Assembly: GCA_045536525.1 (NCBI GenBank)
Contig: JAZSNT010000004.1
Span: 6,910-70,909 of the forward strand
Direction: 5' to 3'
DNA: 64,000 nucleotides
From: Acutalibacteraceae bacterium
GTDB taxonomy: Bacteria; Bacillota; Clostridia; Oscillospirales; Acutalibacteraceae
Shown: positions 24,380 through 34,937 of the stretch, piece by piece
Layout: the number at the start of each line of letters is the position of its first letter
How positions within the stretch are numbered: the first letter of the stretch is position 1
Notes under the pieces: generated by a model
The model's database searches: none
What the model was told of the DNA's origin: nothing
Seen by the model: only the letters and a program-made list of their open reading frames with translations
Translations under genes and position numbers: made by a program

Positions 24380-25657
24380 ATGCCAAAAGTTTTGGTTGTT
24401 GGTATAAATCCTTGGATTGACAACACGGGAATCAACACTCTTATAAACTTTTTCGACGGTTGGAATAAAAATTCTCTTGCCCACCTCTATACTCGTGCCA
24501 AACTGCCCAATACCAAAATTTGCGATAAATTTTTCCGCATAAGCGAACCTTGCGTTGTACAAAGCGTTTTAAAACGCAGTATCAAAACAGGCGAAGAGGT
24601 AGAAAACTCCAATAACTCCGAGGCAGAACAAGCCGCCGAAAATAAAATTTATAGCAAAAAGCACAGCGAGCTTATGACGTTCGCACGCGAGATGGTTTGG
24701 AAACTCGGAAAATGGAAAACCAAAGAACTTAAAAGATTCCTCGACGAATTGGATGCCGACGTTTTGTTCTTCCCCGTATATCCTTGCACCTATATGAACA
24801 GGCTTCAAAATTTTATACAAAAATATACCGGCAAACCTTCGGTTTTGTATATTTCGGATGATAATTTTTCTTACAAATCAGTTTCCAAGAATCCCATTTC
24901 ACTCCTTTGCAGATTTTGGCTGAGGCATCAAGAGAAAAAACTCTTCAAAAATGCGAGTGAAATTATGGTCATAAGCCCCAAGCAAAAAGAAGAATACGGC
25001 AGTCTTTTCAAAAAAGACTGCAAAATTTTGACAAAGGGTATAGACTTCTCAAACATCACTTATACTCAAAAACCGCTCTCAAATCCCATCAAAATGGTTT
25101 ACACCGGCAAGCTTATCATAGGCAGATGGCTATCTCTTGCCAAAATTGCCGAATCACTGGGTGAAATAAATAAAGACGGCGTAAAAATGGAGCTTGATAT
25201 ATACACTACCGATTCTCTTACTTCCGAGCAGAACCTCAAGCTCAATCGTAACGGTTGTAAGGTGAAAGGTGCACTGACTTTAGAGCAGGTACAAGAGGTG
25301 CAAAAAAATGCCGATATTCTGGTTTTTGTAGAAAGTCTTGAAAAAAAATATAAATATACTGCACGACTTTCCTTTTCAACTAAAATTACCGACTATTTAA
25401 AAAACGGCAAATGCATTTTCGCTATAGGCGACAAGAGTATAGCACCCATGGATTATTTTACTCGTCACGACAGTGCCGTTACCGCCACCTCTTATGAAGA
25501 AATCGCAGAAAAATTAAAAATGCTTTCCAAAAATCAAAGCCTTATTGCCGAATTCGGCAAAAAAGCGTTTGAATGCGGAAAACAAAACCACGATAAACAA
25601 CAGCAAAAACAAATTTTAACAAACACTATAAAGGCGGCAATAAATGATGACCGATAA
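24380..25657 (+). CDS. GT-B-like putative glycosyltransferase (start uncertain)
   Basis: About 425 aa. The N-terminus MPKVLVVGINPW and a C-terminal Rossmann-like half resemble GT4-like EPS proteins, but no canonical EX7E motif was recognised. Alternative starts lie at 24332 and 24365. Confidence 0.5.
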   Translation: MPKVLVVGINPWIDNTGINTLINFFDGWNKNSLAHLYTRAKLPNTKICDKFFRISEPCVVQSVLKRSIKTGEEVENSNNSEAEQAAENKIYSKKHSELMTFAREMVWKLGKWKTKELKRFLDELDADVLFFPVYPCTYMNRLQNFIQKYTGKPSVLYISDDNFSYKSVSKNPISLLCRFWLRHQEKKLFKNASEIMVISPKQKEEYGSLFKKDCKILTKGIDFSNITYTQKPLSNPIKMVYTGKLIIGRWLSLAKIAESLGEINKDGVKMELDIYTTDSLTSEQNLKLNRNGCKVKGALTLEQVQEVQKNADILVFVESLEKKYKYTARLSFSTKITDYLKNGKCIFAIGDKSIAPMDYFTRHDSAVTATSYEEIAEKLKMLSKNQSLIAEFGKKAFECGKQNHDKQQQKQILTNTIKAAINDDR

Positions 25658-26666
25658 TAAATACAGGCTATCAATAATTATCCCCACCTTCAACGTTGAA
25701 GACTACATACAAGAAACACTAACTTCTTGTCTTAATCAAGATATTTCGCAAGAAGAATATGAGATTATTTGTATTGACGACGGTTCAAGTGATGCCACCG
25801 TCTCAAAAATAGAAGAAATTGCTTCTGCAAATAAAAACATAAAGCTTTTCACTCAGAAGAATTCAGGCGTATCAGCCACTCGTAACCGCGGTATCGAATT
25901 GGCAAACGGCAATTATATTTGGTTTGTAGACAGCGACGACCTTATTGCGCCCAACTGTATTAATACTTTGTTAACAGAAGCCGAAAAATACGATGCTGAA
26001 AAATTACTTTTCGGTATGGAACATTTCACTACTAGGCCAAAAATCCAAAATAAATCTGTGGATTTTAACTTTTGTAATGAAAACAGTAAAATATATGATT
26101 TTGTATTTTCACATAACGGCGGTGGGGTTTGGCGCAACTTTTACAAAACCAAGTTTCTAAAGCAAAACAAAATCAAGTTTAAAACTCAACTTTCCTTTTC
26201 CGAAGATGTACTATTTGATTTTACCGTTCTCACAAATTGCCAAAAATGTTTAAAAACAAAAAACGTTTTTTATTTTTACAGACAACGTACCGGTTCTGTA
26301 ATGCATTCAAACAATTTTGATAAACACATAGTCTCTATGCATCTATTGGCAAAAGAGTACCTTTCACTCAAAAAGAAAAACATACCAAGCTCTTGGAAAG
26401 AGCTTTCAAAAAGAAAAAGCCATTTTGCAATAAAAGCATTGCTTTTTAGTTTAGTCCAAAAAGGGGACGTACAATTAGCAAAGAGCTATATCGAAAAACT
26501 AAAGTCCGAAAAATTATACCCTTATCCATTCTTCAATATTCTTTTCGCCAACAAAACCTTTAAGGAAAACGTCATTAATTGGACATCTTTCCTTTTTCCT
26601 TTAAAATGGTATTTTATATTATGTGTAAGACTAAGCTCACTCAAAAATAAAATTTTTAAAAAATAA
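25644..26666 (+). CDS. GT2-family glycosyltransferase
   Basis: Motifs LSIIIPTFNVEDYI, IDDGSSD and FVDSDD. Confidence 0.85.
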   Translation: MMTDNKYRLSIIIPTFNVEDYIQETLTSCLNQDISQEEYEIICIDDGSSDATVSKIEEIASANKNIKLFTQKNSGVSATRNRGIELANGNYIWFVDSDDLIAPNCINTLLTEAEKYDAEKLLFGMEHFTTRPKIQNKSVDFNFCNENSKIYDFVFSHNGGGVWRNFYKTKFLKQNKIKFKTQLSFSEDVLFDFTVLTNCQKCLKTKNVFYFYRQRTGSVMHSNNFDKHIVSMHLLAKEYLSLKKKNIPSSWKELSKRKSHFAIKALLFSLVQKGDVQLAKSYIEKLKSEKLYPYPFFNILFANKTFKENVINWTSFLFPLKWYFILCVRLSSLKNKIFKK

Positions 26667-26679
26667 AATTGGAGTAATT

Positions 26680-27939
26680 ATGCGTATTTTATGGATTGTT
26701 AACATGGTATTGCCACCTTTGGCAAAACATTTAAATATAAACGTCGGAAACAGCGGCACATGGATGTTCGACATAGCTAACCGCTTGTCACAAGACGCTA
26801 CTGTACAACTTGCAGTTGCTTGTGTACACGGCAAAGAATTCAAAAAGCATATTGTCGAAAATACCATTTATTACTGTCTGCCCGGCAACGGCAAGGATAT
26901 GCTCTTCTACCGCAGGGGCTTTAAAAAATACTGGAAACAAATAATAGAAGACTTTAACCCGGATATTGTAAATATTCACGGCACAGAATACTGCCACGCA
27001 CTTTCCTTTGTGCGCGAATATCCAAATATTAAAACAGTCGTATCGCTCCAAGGCGTACTAACAAAACTTAAAGATAAAGACCTTGGTGGTCTTAGCATTT
27101 GGCAAACCTTTAAATACCGAACACTTCACGAGTGGTTGCGTTTTAACGGCATGTTTGAAAACCACTTAATACACATTAAAAACTCAAAATCAGAACAAGA
27201 AATTCTTAAAACAGCCGGTTACTGTATGGCGGTTGATTCGTGGCACGAATCTATGGCAAAACTTATAAATCCGGATATTAAGGTTTTTAAAGTAGATTAT
27301 AACCTACGTGAGAATTTTTATAAAAGCCGAAAATGGGATATTCGCAATATTAACCGCCATACCATCTCTTCCAACCCTGGTGGCACTGCACTTAAAGGCA
27401 TACATATGCTATTAAAAGCCGTTGCTCTTGTAAAACCGTTTTATCCCGACATAAAAGTCAGAGTCCCGGGCATGAAAGCAAACGAAAACGGACTTATAGT
27501 CACTAACGGATACTCAAAATATTTAAAACAGCTTCTCCAAAGGCTTAATTTACAAAATAACGTAGAATTTTTAGGCTCGCAAACAGAGGAACAAATGATT
27601 AACAATATGCTTTCCGCTCATATTCAGGTCGTTCCTTCTTGCATCGAAGGCCCCTCACTCATTCTTCGAGAAGGTATGCATCTCGGTGTACCGACTATCG
27701 TTTCCTTCCGCGGAGGTATGGCAGATTTTGTAGATGATAAAGAAAACGGTTTTCTTTATGACTTTGACGAATATCAATATTTAGCTCTTCGCATTATGCA
27801 AATTTTCGAAGACGACGATTTAGCTCAAAAACTTTCGACTAATGCTATAAAAAAAGCAGAAAAAGCGCATAATGCAGAAAAAAATCATTACGATTATTTA
27901 TCAATGTACCATTCTATTTTAGGAGATACTTCATGCTAA
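26680..27939 (+). CDS. GT4-family glycosyltransferase
   Basis: 419 aa GT-B fold with a C-terminal PSCIEGPSLILREGMHLGVP motif. Confidence 0.75.
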   Translation: MRILWIVNMVLPPLAKHLNINVGNSGTWMFDIANRLSQDATVQLAVACVHGKEFKKHIVENTIYYCLPGNGKDMLFYRRGFKKYWKQIIEDFNPDIVNIHGTEYCHALSFVREYPNIKTVVSLQGVLTKLKDKDLGGLSIWQTFKYRTLHEWLRFNGMFENHLIHIKNSKSEQEILKTAGYCMAVDSWHESMAKLINPDIKVFKVDYNLRENFYKSRKWDIRNINRHTISSNPGGTALKGIHMLLKAVALVKPFYPDIKVRVPGMKANENGLIVTNGYSKYLKQLLQRLNLQNNVEFLGSQTEEQMINNMLSAHIQVVPSCIEGPSLILREGMHLGVPTIVSFRGGMADFVDDKENGFLYDFDEYQYLALRIMQIFEDDDLAQKLSTNAIKKAEKAHNAEKNHYDYLSMYHSILGDTSC

Positions 27940-28997
27940 CTTATGCAATCTTTTTGCTGGTGATTTTTGGTGGTATGTTACTTTTTGAAGTAAGGCCCAC
28001 CAAAAACACCGCACGCAACCAGCTTATTTTTGCATGGCTCGTGATTGTTCTATTTTGGGGTAGCGTAGATGCGCTCGACTTCGGAACAGATATTATGAAC
28101 TATTACCATAACGCAAACATCGCATTACATAAAAGTTACTCACAATACATAGTCAGTTGCGCTTTCGAAAAAGGCTATGCTACTTTTATCTGGATATGCT
28201 CAAACATCTTTAAAACGCCGCAAGCACTTTTATTTGTTCAATACGGATTTGTAACGTTTTCAGTATTTCGGTTTATATACCGCAACTCAAAAGATGTTTT
28301 TCTAAGCATAATAGCTTATCTTTGTTTAGGTTGCTTCGGCCTATATTTATACGCATTCAGGCAAGCCTTTGCTATAGCCGTTTGCCTTTTTGCTTTAGAA
28401 TTTATACAAAAAAGAAAATATTTTTGGGCGGTTATTTTAATCTTATTTGCTTCACTTTTCCACCAAACCGCAATTATTTTTCTTCCTGTCATTTTCCTGA
28501 ATGAAAAAAAACTAAATCAAAAAAACATCACTATTTTTTCGGTCATTATGCTTATAATAGCATTCACTCTTAATTACACTCTACCACAAGCTAACGAGCT
28601 ATTTGAGATGAATTATGGACAAACAGGTTCTGCTTCGTCCTTGGGTGGTATCATTTCAATCATAATATACACTTTAGCATTCGTATTACTGTTGGCAAAA
28701 TACCGCAAAGCTCCATTAGAAATAAAAACTAACGAGTTAAATCAAATAAGCTTTATAGTTTTATTATCAATAACTGCATTCGTAATATATATTTGCCGTT
28801 TTTACGTATTAGCACTAGAACGTGTTGCCTACTATTTTCTTCCCGCTTTTTGTATATTATTCGCCGAAGGACTTACTAATCATAACAAAAAGCGAATACC
28901 GGATTTCACATTCTTTTTCGTTATATTAGCAACTGTTTTATTCCTATATCGAAGTTCCTCTTCGTTAGGGCTTTACCATCCTATTTGGAAATTCTGA
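27933..28997 (+). CDS. EpsG-family polysaccharide polymerase (Wzy-like), paralog 1
   Basis: 354 aa polytopic membrane protein with the EpsG-type block YAFRQAFAIAVCLFALEF...LFHQTAIIFLPV. Confidence 0.75.
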   Translation: MLTYAIFLLVIFGGMLLFEVRPTKNTARNQLIFAWLVIVLFWGSVDALDFGTDIMNYYHNANIALHKSYSQYIVSCAFEKGYATFIWICSNIFKTPQALLFVQYGFVTFSVFRFIYRNSKDVFLSIIAYLCLGCFGLYLYAFRQAFAIAVCLFALEFIQKRKYFWAVILILFASLFHQTAIIFLPVIFLNEKKLNQKNITIFSVIMLIIAFTLNYTLPQANELFEMNYGQTGSASSLGGIISIIIYTLAFVLLLAKYRKAPLEIKTNELNQISFIVLLSITAFVIYICRFYVLALERVAYYFLPAFCILFAEGLTNHNKKRIPDFTFFFVILATVLFLYRSSSSLGLYHPIWKF

Positions 28998-29025
28998 TTT
29001 TATAAACAAAACTCAGGAGTTTATA

Positions 29026-30090
29026 ATGTTATCATATGCCATTCTGCTATTAATCTTATTTGGAGGTATGTTTTTAATAGATACCACCAACAATAAAAAT
29101 AAAATACGCAATCAACTAATTTATGCCGGTATAGTAATCACACTATTTTGGGGCAGCGTAGATGCCGTTAAATTTTCAACAGATGTTTTCAATTATTATC
29201 GCAATGCTTCCAACGCCATTGGAACCAATTTTGAATCCTATATAATAAACAGTCCTTTTGAGGTTGGTTATGCTGCGTTTATTTGGATAGTTACAAACAC
29301 TTTCAAAACCCCACAAGCATTGTTATTTGTTCAAACGGCTTTTGTAACCTTTTCTGTATTCAGATTTTTTTACAGGAACTCAAAAGACGTCTTTACAAGT
29401 GTAATCGCTTATATTTGTCTGGGTTGCTTCGGAATGTTTTCTTATGCCTACAGACAAGCATTTGCCATAGCTATTTGCCTTTTTGCGTTAGAAGCAATAC
29501 AAAGGAAAAAGCATCTGCTATCGATTCTTCTTATCCTCTTTGCAACACTTTTTCACCAAACTGCAATTATTTTCCTGCCGGTAATTTTCATACAAAATAT
29601 AAAATCATCCAAAAGAAACATTTTGCTGTTTTCTGCATTTATGATATCAATAGCGCTAATGCTGGATACATTACTGCCAAAAGCTAACGAATTTTTTGAA
29701 ATGAATTACGGCAAAAACGAATCCGAATTTTCTAATATTGGCGGTATTATAAACATAATAATATTTCTTATTGGATTTTTCTTCATATATACAAAATACC
29801 GTCATTCGCCGGCAGACGTCAAAGATAGCGAGTTTAAAAAGCTAAGCCCAATAATACTTTTATGCATTATAGGTTTTGTTCTGTACGCTTGTAGATTCTA
29901 TACCCTTGCAATGGAACGCGTAGCTTACTATTTCCTACCCGCTTTCTGTATTCTGTATGCAGAAGGTCTTACGAGCCATAACAAAAAACGCATTCCAGAT
30001 TTATTCGTACTGTTTATGTTTCTATCCATTTCCTTATTTCTCTACCGCAGTAACACTTCACTCAATATTTATTCTTCAATTTGGTGGTGA
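29026..30090 (+). CDS. EpsG-family polysaccharide polymerase (Wzy-like), paralog 2
   Basis: 354 aa, collinear without gaps with paralog 1 and sharing the same conserved blocks. Confidence 0.75.
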   Translation: MLSYAILLLILFGGMFLIDTTNNKNKIRNQLIYAGIVITLFWGSVDAVKFSTDVFNYYRNASNAIGTNFESYIINSPFEVGYAAFIWIVTNTFKTPQALLFVQTAFVTFSVFRFFYRNSKDVFTSVIAYICLGCFGMFSYAYRQAFAIAICLFALEAIQRKKHLLSILLILFATLFHQTAIIFLPVIFIQNIKSSKRNILLFSAFMISIALMLDTLLPKANEFFEMNYGKNESEFSNIGGIINIIIFLIGFFFIYTKYRHSPADVKDSEFKKLSPIILLCIIGFVLYACRFYTLAMERVAYYFLPAFCILYAEGLTSHNKKRIPDLFVLFMFLSISLFLYRSNTSLNIYSSIWW

Positions 30091-30094
30091 TTTT

Positions 30095-31201
30095 ATGAAA
30101 ATTGCATTAGTATCAGGCTTTTTAAACGAGCACCTGCTTCCTATATGTGAAGAACTTAATAAACGATGTGAATTTCATTTCATCGCAACCCAAGATTTAA
30201 CCCAAAACCCACAACAATATAAAGCTGAACTAACCAAACCCTACGTCATAAAATCCTACATAGATAAGCAAAAATCCGAAGACGTTGTGCTCGAATGTGA
30301 TGTCGTCATTTTTGGAGGTAGCAGTTCCGAACTATTAAGCATTCGAAAAAATGCAAATAAACTTTCTTTTATTTATACCGAATGTTTCTTCAAAAAAGGC
30401 AGTTGGCGAAGATTTATACCCTCAACTGCAAAAATATTAAAAAATCAGTTTATACGTAATAGCCAAAACTTATACGTTCTTTGCTCAGGCTCTTTTGTTT
30501 CAAAAGATTTGGCTTTAATAGGTTTTGACACTAATAAGTGTTTCAAATTCGGTTATTTCCCCAAAGTTGAAAAGCTTCCTTTTGAAGAACTTTTAGAAAA
30601 GAAAAACAATGATAAACTAAAATTCCTGTTTGTTGGCAGACTTCTAAAGTTGAAACGTGCCATAGACACCCTCAAATGCTGTAAAAAATTAAAAGACAAC
30701 GGGATTGATTTTGAATTGAACATTATCGGTGATGGACCAGAACGTGATAATTTAAAAAAGTATGTCCAAAAGCACAAGCTTGATTGCGTCAATTTTTTAG
30801 GTGGTCAAACCAGAGAAAACGTTTTAAAATACATGCAGCAAAGTCATCTTTGCTTTATTAACAGCAACCGTTTAGAAGGTTGGGCAGCAGTTGCCAACGA
30901 AAGTTTAAGTCAAGCCTGTCCTGTTATAATCAGTGATACCTGCGGTGCCACGGCATATATGATTAAAGATGCTTATAACGGATTCAGCTATACTGTTGCC
31001 GACGTTAACAAACTTTATGAAAAAACCTTGCAATTCGTAAAAACCAAAAACAAAAATACATTTTACGAAAATGCATATAACACTATTTGGAATGAATGGA
31101 ATTCGGAAATAGCAGCACAAAGATTTATTGCATTAACCCAAAGCTTAATATTGAACCAAAACATCTGCACGTATAATGACGGACCCATAAGCAAGGAGTA
31201 A
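30095..31201 (+). CDS. GT4-family glycosyltransferase
   Basis: The start was moved to MKIALVSGF, 5 nt after the upstream stop; the tracked 29957 start overlaps epsG-2. C-terminal motif NSNRLEGWAAVANESLSQACPV. Confidence 0.75.
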   Translation: MKIALVSGFLNEHLLPICEELNKRCEFHFIATQDLTQNPQQYKAELTKPYVIKSYIDKQKSEDVVLECDVVIFGGSSSELLSIRKNANKLSFIYTECFFKKGSWRRFIPSTAKILKNQFIRNSQNLYVLCSGSFVSKDLALIGFDTNKCFKFGYFPKVEKLPFEELLEKKNNDKLKFLFVGRLLKLKRAIDTLKCCKKLKDNGIDFELNIIGDGPERDNLKKYVQKHKLDCVNFLGGQTRENVLKYMQQSHLCFINSNRLEGWAAVANESLSQACPVIISDTCGATAYMIKDAYNGFSYTVADVNKLYEKTLQFVKTKNKNTFYENAYNTIWNEWNSEIAAQRFIALTQSLILNQNICTYNDGPISKE

Positions 31202-31205
31202 CAAT

Positions 31206-32159
31206 ATGTTTTTATCAGTTATCATTCCAGTTCATAACATACAAGAATATGTAGAAGAATGTATAAAAAGTGTACTCAATCAAAATGATGATGATTATGA
31301 AATTATATTAATCGAAAATGTTTCAAATGATAATAGCTTAACTATCTGTAAAAAATATGAAAATCATCCAAAAATTTCATTATTTTCCCTACAAGAAAGT
31401 GGTGTATCATATGCGAGAAATTTCGGCATAGATAATGCTAAAGGAAAATATATTTGGTTCGTAGATGGTGATGATATAATTGCACCGGACTCTATCAAAT
31501 CTATAAAAAACAGTTTAAAAATATTTTCTTATCCCGATGCTTTATTGTTTGGATATAGTGAACTTATAGGCGATAAAAAAATTGATAGAAAAGCTTATCC
31601 GTATAACGGACCAATAGATAAAAACACCGCAATAAACGGACTTTTTGATTCAAATTTATGGAGTGGATTTATTTGGAACAAAATCATTAAAAATTCTTCC
31701 GGAGTACTCACAACGCTAAAATTCCCGACAGAAATACACATGATAGAAGATTTGACTTTTTTAACCAAATGTTTCAAACAATTTAATACTTTTGGAGTCT
31801 TAAATAAAAACCTATACTTTTACCGAAAACGTAAAGGAAGTATAAGTAATGTTTTTAGCGAAAAAAAACTATCCGCTTTTAATGCCTATGAAATAATATT
31901 AGAAGAACTCAAAGCTTCAAAGGATTTCGATTTTGCACGAAAAGTAATATACAACGCAAAAGTAGATTTTTCACGTCAGATTTTAACTCATTACTATTTT
32001 AATGACTTTAAATCCTATAAAGCCAAAAGAAACAAATACAGAAAAATTATATTAAAAAATTTTAAACATATTACTCATTTAAAAGCAAAAGTTGCAGCCT
32101 TAATTACAATTATTTCTCCAAAAATATCACAAAAAATAAGGAAACATTATGAAAAGTGA
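31206..32159 (+). CDS. GT2-family glycosyltransferase
   Basis: Motifs LSVIIPVHNIQEYV and FVDGDD. Confidence 0.8.
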   Translation: MFLSVIIPVHNIQEYVEECIKSVLNQNDDDYEIILIENVSNDNSLTICKKYENHPKISLFSLQESGVSYARNFGIDNAKGKYIWFVDGDDIIAPDSIKSIKNSLKIFSYPDALLFGYSELIGDKKIDRKAYPYNGPIDKNTAINGLFDSNLWSGFIWNKIIKNSSGVLTTLKFPTEIHMIEDLTFLTKCFKQFNTFGVLNKNLYFYRKRKGSISNVFSEKKLSAFNAYEIILEELKASKDFDFARKVIYNAKVDFSRQILTHYYFNDFKSYKAKRNKYRKIILKNFKHITHLKAKVAALITIISPKISQKIRKHYEK

Positions 32160-33138
32160 TTTAATTTCAATAATTATTCCCATTTATAACAACGAGCCAT
32201 ATCTCGCGCGTTGCATAAACTCACTCTTAAATCAAACATACAAAAATACCGAAATACTACTTATAGACGACGGCTCCTACGACAACTCCCTTTCCATATG
32301 TAAAAAATACGCAAAAAAAGACAGTCGTATCAAAGTTTGGCACCAAGAGTATCTTGGGGTCTCAGAAGCTCGCAACAAAGGTGTTGAGCTGGCTACAGGT
32401 GAATTTATAATTTTTCTTGACGGTGACGACGAAGCGCACCCAGACTACGTTCAAAAATTGTATGACACATTGGTCGAAAACAATTTGGATATCGCCGCAG
32501 CTTGCCTATTAAGAGTCAAAAACGGAAAACCTGTAAATCAAGGTGAAGTAACTGATAGGCTTCAGTTGTTTGACGGAACAAACATTCAGATGAAAACTTT
32601 TGAGCGCAACCGTTATTTTTATATGGTTGTTTGCGGCAAGCTTTTTAAGAAAAAATTATTCGAAGGCTTAAAATTCCCAAAAGGCAGAATAAATGAGGAT
32701 GAATCACTTATATATCAACTCTATTGGAAATCGAAAAAAATCGGTTTTATAGACGATTATTTATATCTATACCACTACAACGGCGATAGCATAACAGAAA
32801 AGAAATACAACATTCACCGTCTTGACGGTTTCTATATGCTTGAAGAAAAATTTGCTTTTTACAAGTCTCAAAAGTTAGAAAGCTTTGCAAATAAAACCGC
32901 CAGTGAATATTTCAGCCAAATCAGTGCTGTACTAACTCATAAAAAAAATGAAATAACCGAATATAAAGCGGTTATGAAAAAAGCAAAAGAATTTTACATA
33001 AAAGACAGAAAAGAAATATTAAACAACGCCAAACTTCCAAAATCAAAACGTATTTTCGTTATTCTTTCTTACGCTTCTTTCAAATTTGTAAAACTGTACG
33101 GTTTATTATTAAAATTTGCCTTAAAATTAAAAAAATAA
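32149..33138 (+). CDS. GT2-family glycosyltransferase
   Basis: Motifs ISIIIPIYNNEPYL, IDDGSYD and FLDGDD. Confidence 0.85.
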   Translation: MKSDLISIIIPIYNNEPYLARCINSLLNQTYKNTEILLIDDGSYDNSLSICKKYAKKDSRIKVWHQEYLGVSEARNKGVELATGEFIIFLDGDDEAHPDYVQKLYDTLVENNLDIAAACLLRVKNGKPVNQGEVTDRLQLFDGTNIQMKTFERNRYFYMVVCGKLFKKKLFEGLKFPKGRINEDESLIYQLYWKSKKIGFIDDYLYLYHYNGDSITEKKYNIHRLDGFYMLEEKFAFYKSQKLESFANKTASEYFSQISAVLTHKKNEITEYKAVMKKAKEFYIKDRKEILNNAKLPKSKRIFVILSYASFKFVKLYGLLLKFALKLKK

Positions 33139-33153
33139 TTAAGGAGTCGGGAT

Positions 33154-34914
33154 ATGTTTCAAAACGTATGGTTCAATAAAAAAATTTACACAAAAACCAA
33201 CTGTGTAAATCCAAAATCCTGCCAATCAGATTTCATAACTTCCGATAAAATCAAATATGTATGTCCTTTATTTTATGATGAACACTGTTTAGAGTGTTCA
33301 GCGCCCGCTTGCTACAAATCTTGCAAACATTATAAAAGCAGAAAAGATACCGCTTGCGTCCGTTTGGATTATGGCATAAAGCATCTTCCGCACAATAATC
33401 TTTTATGGAACGTAAAGCTGAAGTTTCGCGACTGGGGAAAATTGGAATCCAGAATAAATAAAGGCTCCATTTCGGTAAAAGAAATTCATTCGCTAGATAG
33501 AAAAGACCGTCTCATTTCCATAATATTTAAAATCTTTTGTTCCATATTCCAATCCAAGACCTATTCTTTCAGCCAAAAATTAGACGGTCTTAGGAGAAAA
33601 AAATACGCCTCATTAAATTCTAAAACTCCTTTTGCTACAGACTTTTTATTTCAATACCATTATAACGGAACAAACAATTTTAACCTCATATTTGAAATAA
33701 CCGATAAAACCAACTCCACTATTTATAAAAATGTTTTTAATGTGACAAACGGCTTTGGACAAGAGTTGTTAAAACTTCCGTTTTCGCTGCCCGAAGGAGG
33801 TCTTGTAAGGCTTTTCCCCGAAAACAATCTAACTGAAGAACTGCAAATTTTTGCAGCCGACTTTATCGAACTAAAAGACAGTATTCCTCAAACACCTAAT
33901 AAAAAAATCAAATGTGTAGCATGGGATTTAGATAACACTATATGGAATGGAATACTTATTGAATCTGACCCCAAAACCTTAAAACTAAAAGAAAACGTTC
34001 TTGATACAATTAAGAATTTTGACCAACGCGGCATTATTCAAATAATAGTAAGTAAAAATGACCTAGAAAACGTCTTACCGGTACTTGAACAGCTTGGTAT
34101 TAAAGATTATTTTGTTTATGTTTTCGCTAACTGGAATCCCAAAAGTAGCAACATATACTTTGCCGCTAAGAATTTAAATATAAATATAGATACTTTCGCC
34201 TTGATTGACGACTCTGATTTTGAGCGAGGCGAGGTATCCTCTGCGCTGCCATATGTCCGCACATATAAAGAAACTGATTTGGAATCCCTTTTAACATTAC
34301 CCGAATTTAACCTTCCAATAACCGAGAAAAGCACTAACCGAAGGCTCAGCTACATCCAAGAAGCAAAGCGCCGGAAAATCCAAACCGAGTTTTCGGGAGA
34401 CAATTCCGAATTTATCAAAAAATGCAATTTGCAAATTGTATTGACCGAAATCAAAAATCAATTACAGTTTGATCGCAGTCTTGAACTTATAACCAGAACA
34501 AATCAATTAAACCTTTCGGCGCACCGCTACACAAAAACCGAATTCGAAGAATTATTAAAAGATGGCTCTTCACAAAACCTCATTCTTTATGCCAAAGATA
34601 AATTTGGTGATTACGGACAAGTTGCCTTCATACACCTTACCGAAAATAAAGATAATATTATAATCACAGAATTTGCAATGTCCTGCCGTGTGGCTGCAAA
34701 ATACGTGGAAAATGCCTTATTTGCATTTTTATTAAGTAAATACAAAAAAGATATCATTCTGTCTGGTGTTAAAACAGAAAGAAACGTTGTACTAATATCT
34801 TCTTTCTTAAAAGCAGGATTTACCGATAACTGTGACGAAAAAAATATCCGACTCACTCATTCTGCTAACGAATCTATCAGGCACTCGGACATTGTTACAA
34901 TTTTATATAAATAA
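33154..34914 (+). CDS. FkbH-like HAD-IIIC family protein with a Cys-rich N-terminal domain
   Basis: 586 aa with the HAD motif I VAWDLDNTIWNG (DxDxT) in the middle. The N-terminal ~230 aa carry CPLFYDEHCLECSAPACYKSCKHY. The C-terminal third is as in FkbH-family proteins. Confidence 0.65.
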   Translation: MFQNVWFNKKIYTKTNCVNPKSCQSDFITSDKIKYVCPLFYDEHCLECSAPACYKSCKHYKSRKDTACVRLDYGIKHLPHNNLLWNVKLKFRDWGKLESRINKGSISVKEIHSLDRKDRLISIIFKIFCSIFQSKTYSFSQKLDGLRRKKYASLNSKTPFATDFLFQYHYNGTNNFNLIFEITDKTNSTIYKNVFNVTNGFGQELLKLPFSLPEGGLVRLFPENNLTEELQIFAADFIELKDSIPQTPNKKIKCVAWDLDNTIWNGILIESDPKTLKLKENVLDTIKNFDQRGIIQIIVSKNDLENVLPVLEQLGIKDYFVYVFANWNPKSSNIYFAAKNLNINIDTFALIDDSDFERGEVSSALPYVRTYKETDLESLLTLPEFNLPITEKSTNRRLSYIQEAKRRKIQTEFSGDNSEFIKKCNLQIVLTEIKNQLQFDRSLELITRTNQLNLSAHRYTKTEFEELLKDGSSQNLILYAKDKFGDYGQVAFIHLTENKDNIIITEFAMSCRVAAKYVENALFAFLLSKYKKDIILSGVKTERNVVLISSFLKAGFTDNCDEKNIRLTHSANESIRHSDIVTILYK

Positions 34915-34937
34915 CAATTTTATTTAAGGGAATAATT

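Noticed and set aside
29957-30094. Long N-terminal extension of the GT4 ORF overlapping the end of epsG-2, and the 134-aa ORF 29283..29687 inside epsG-2.
   Set aside because: The extension is an out-of-frame read-through of the polymerase gene, and the glycosyltransferase-like sequence begins at the ATG at 30095. The internal ORF is a shadow ORF.
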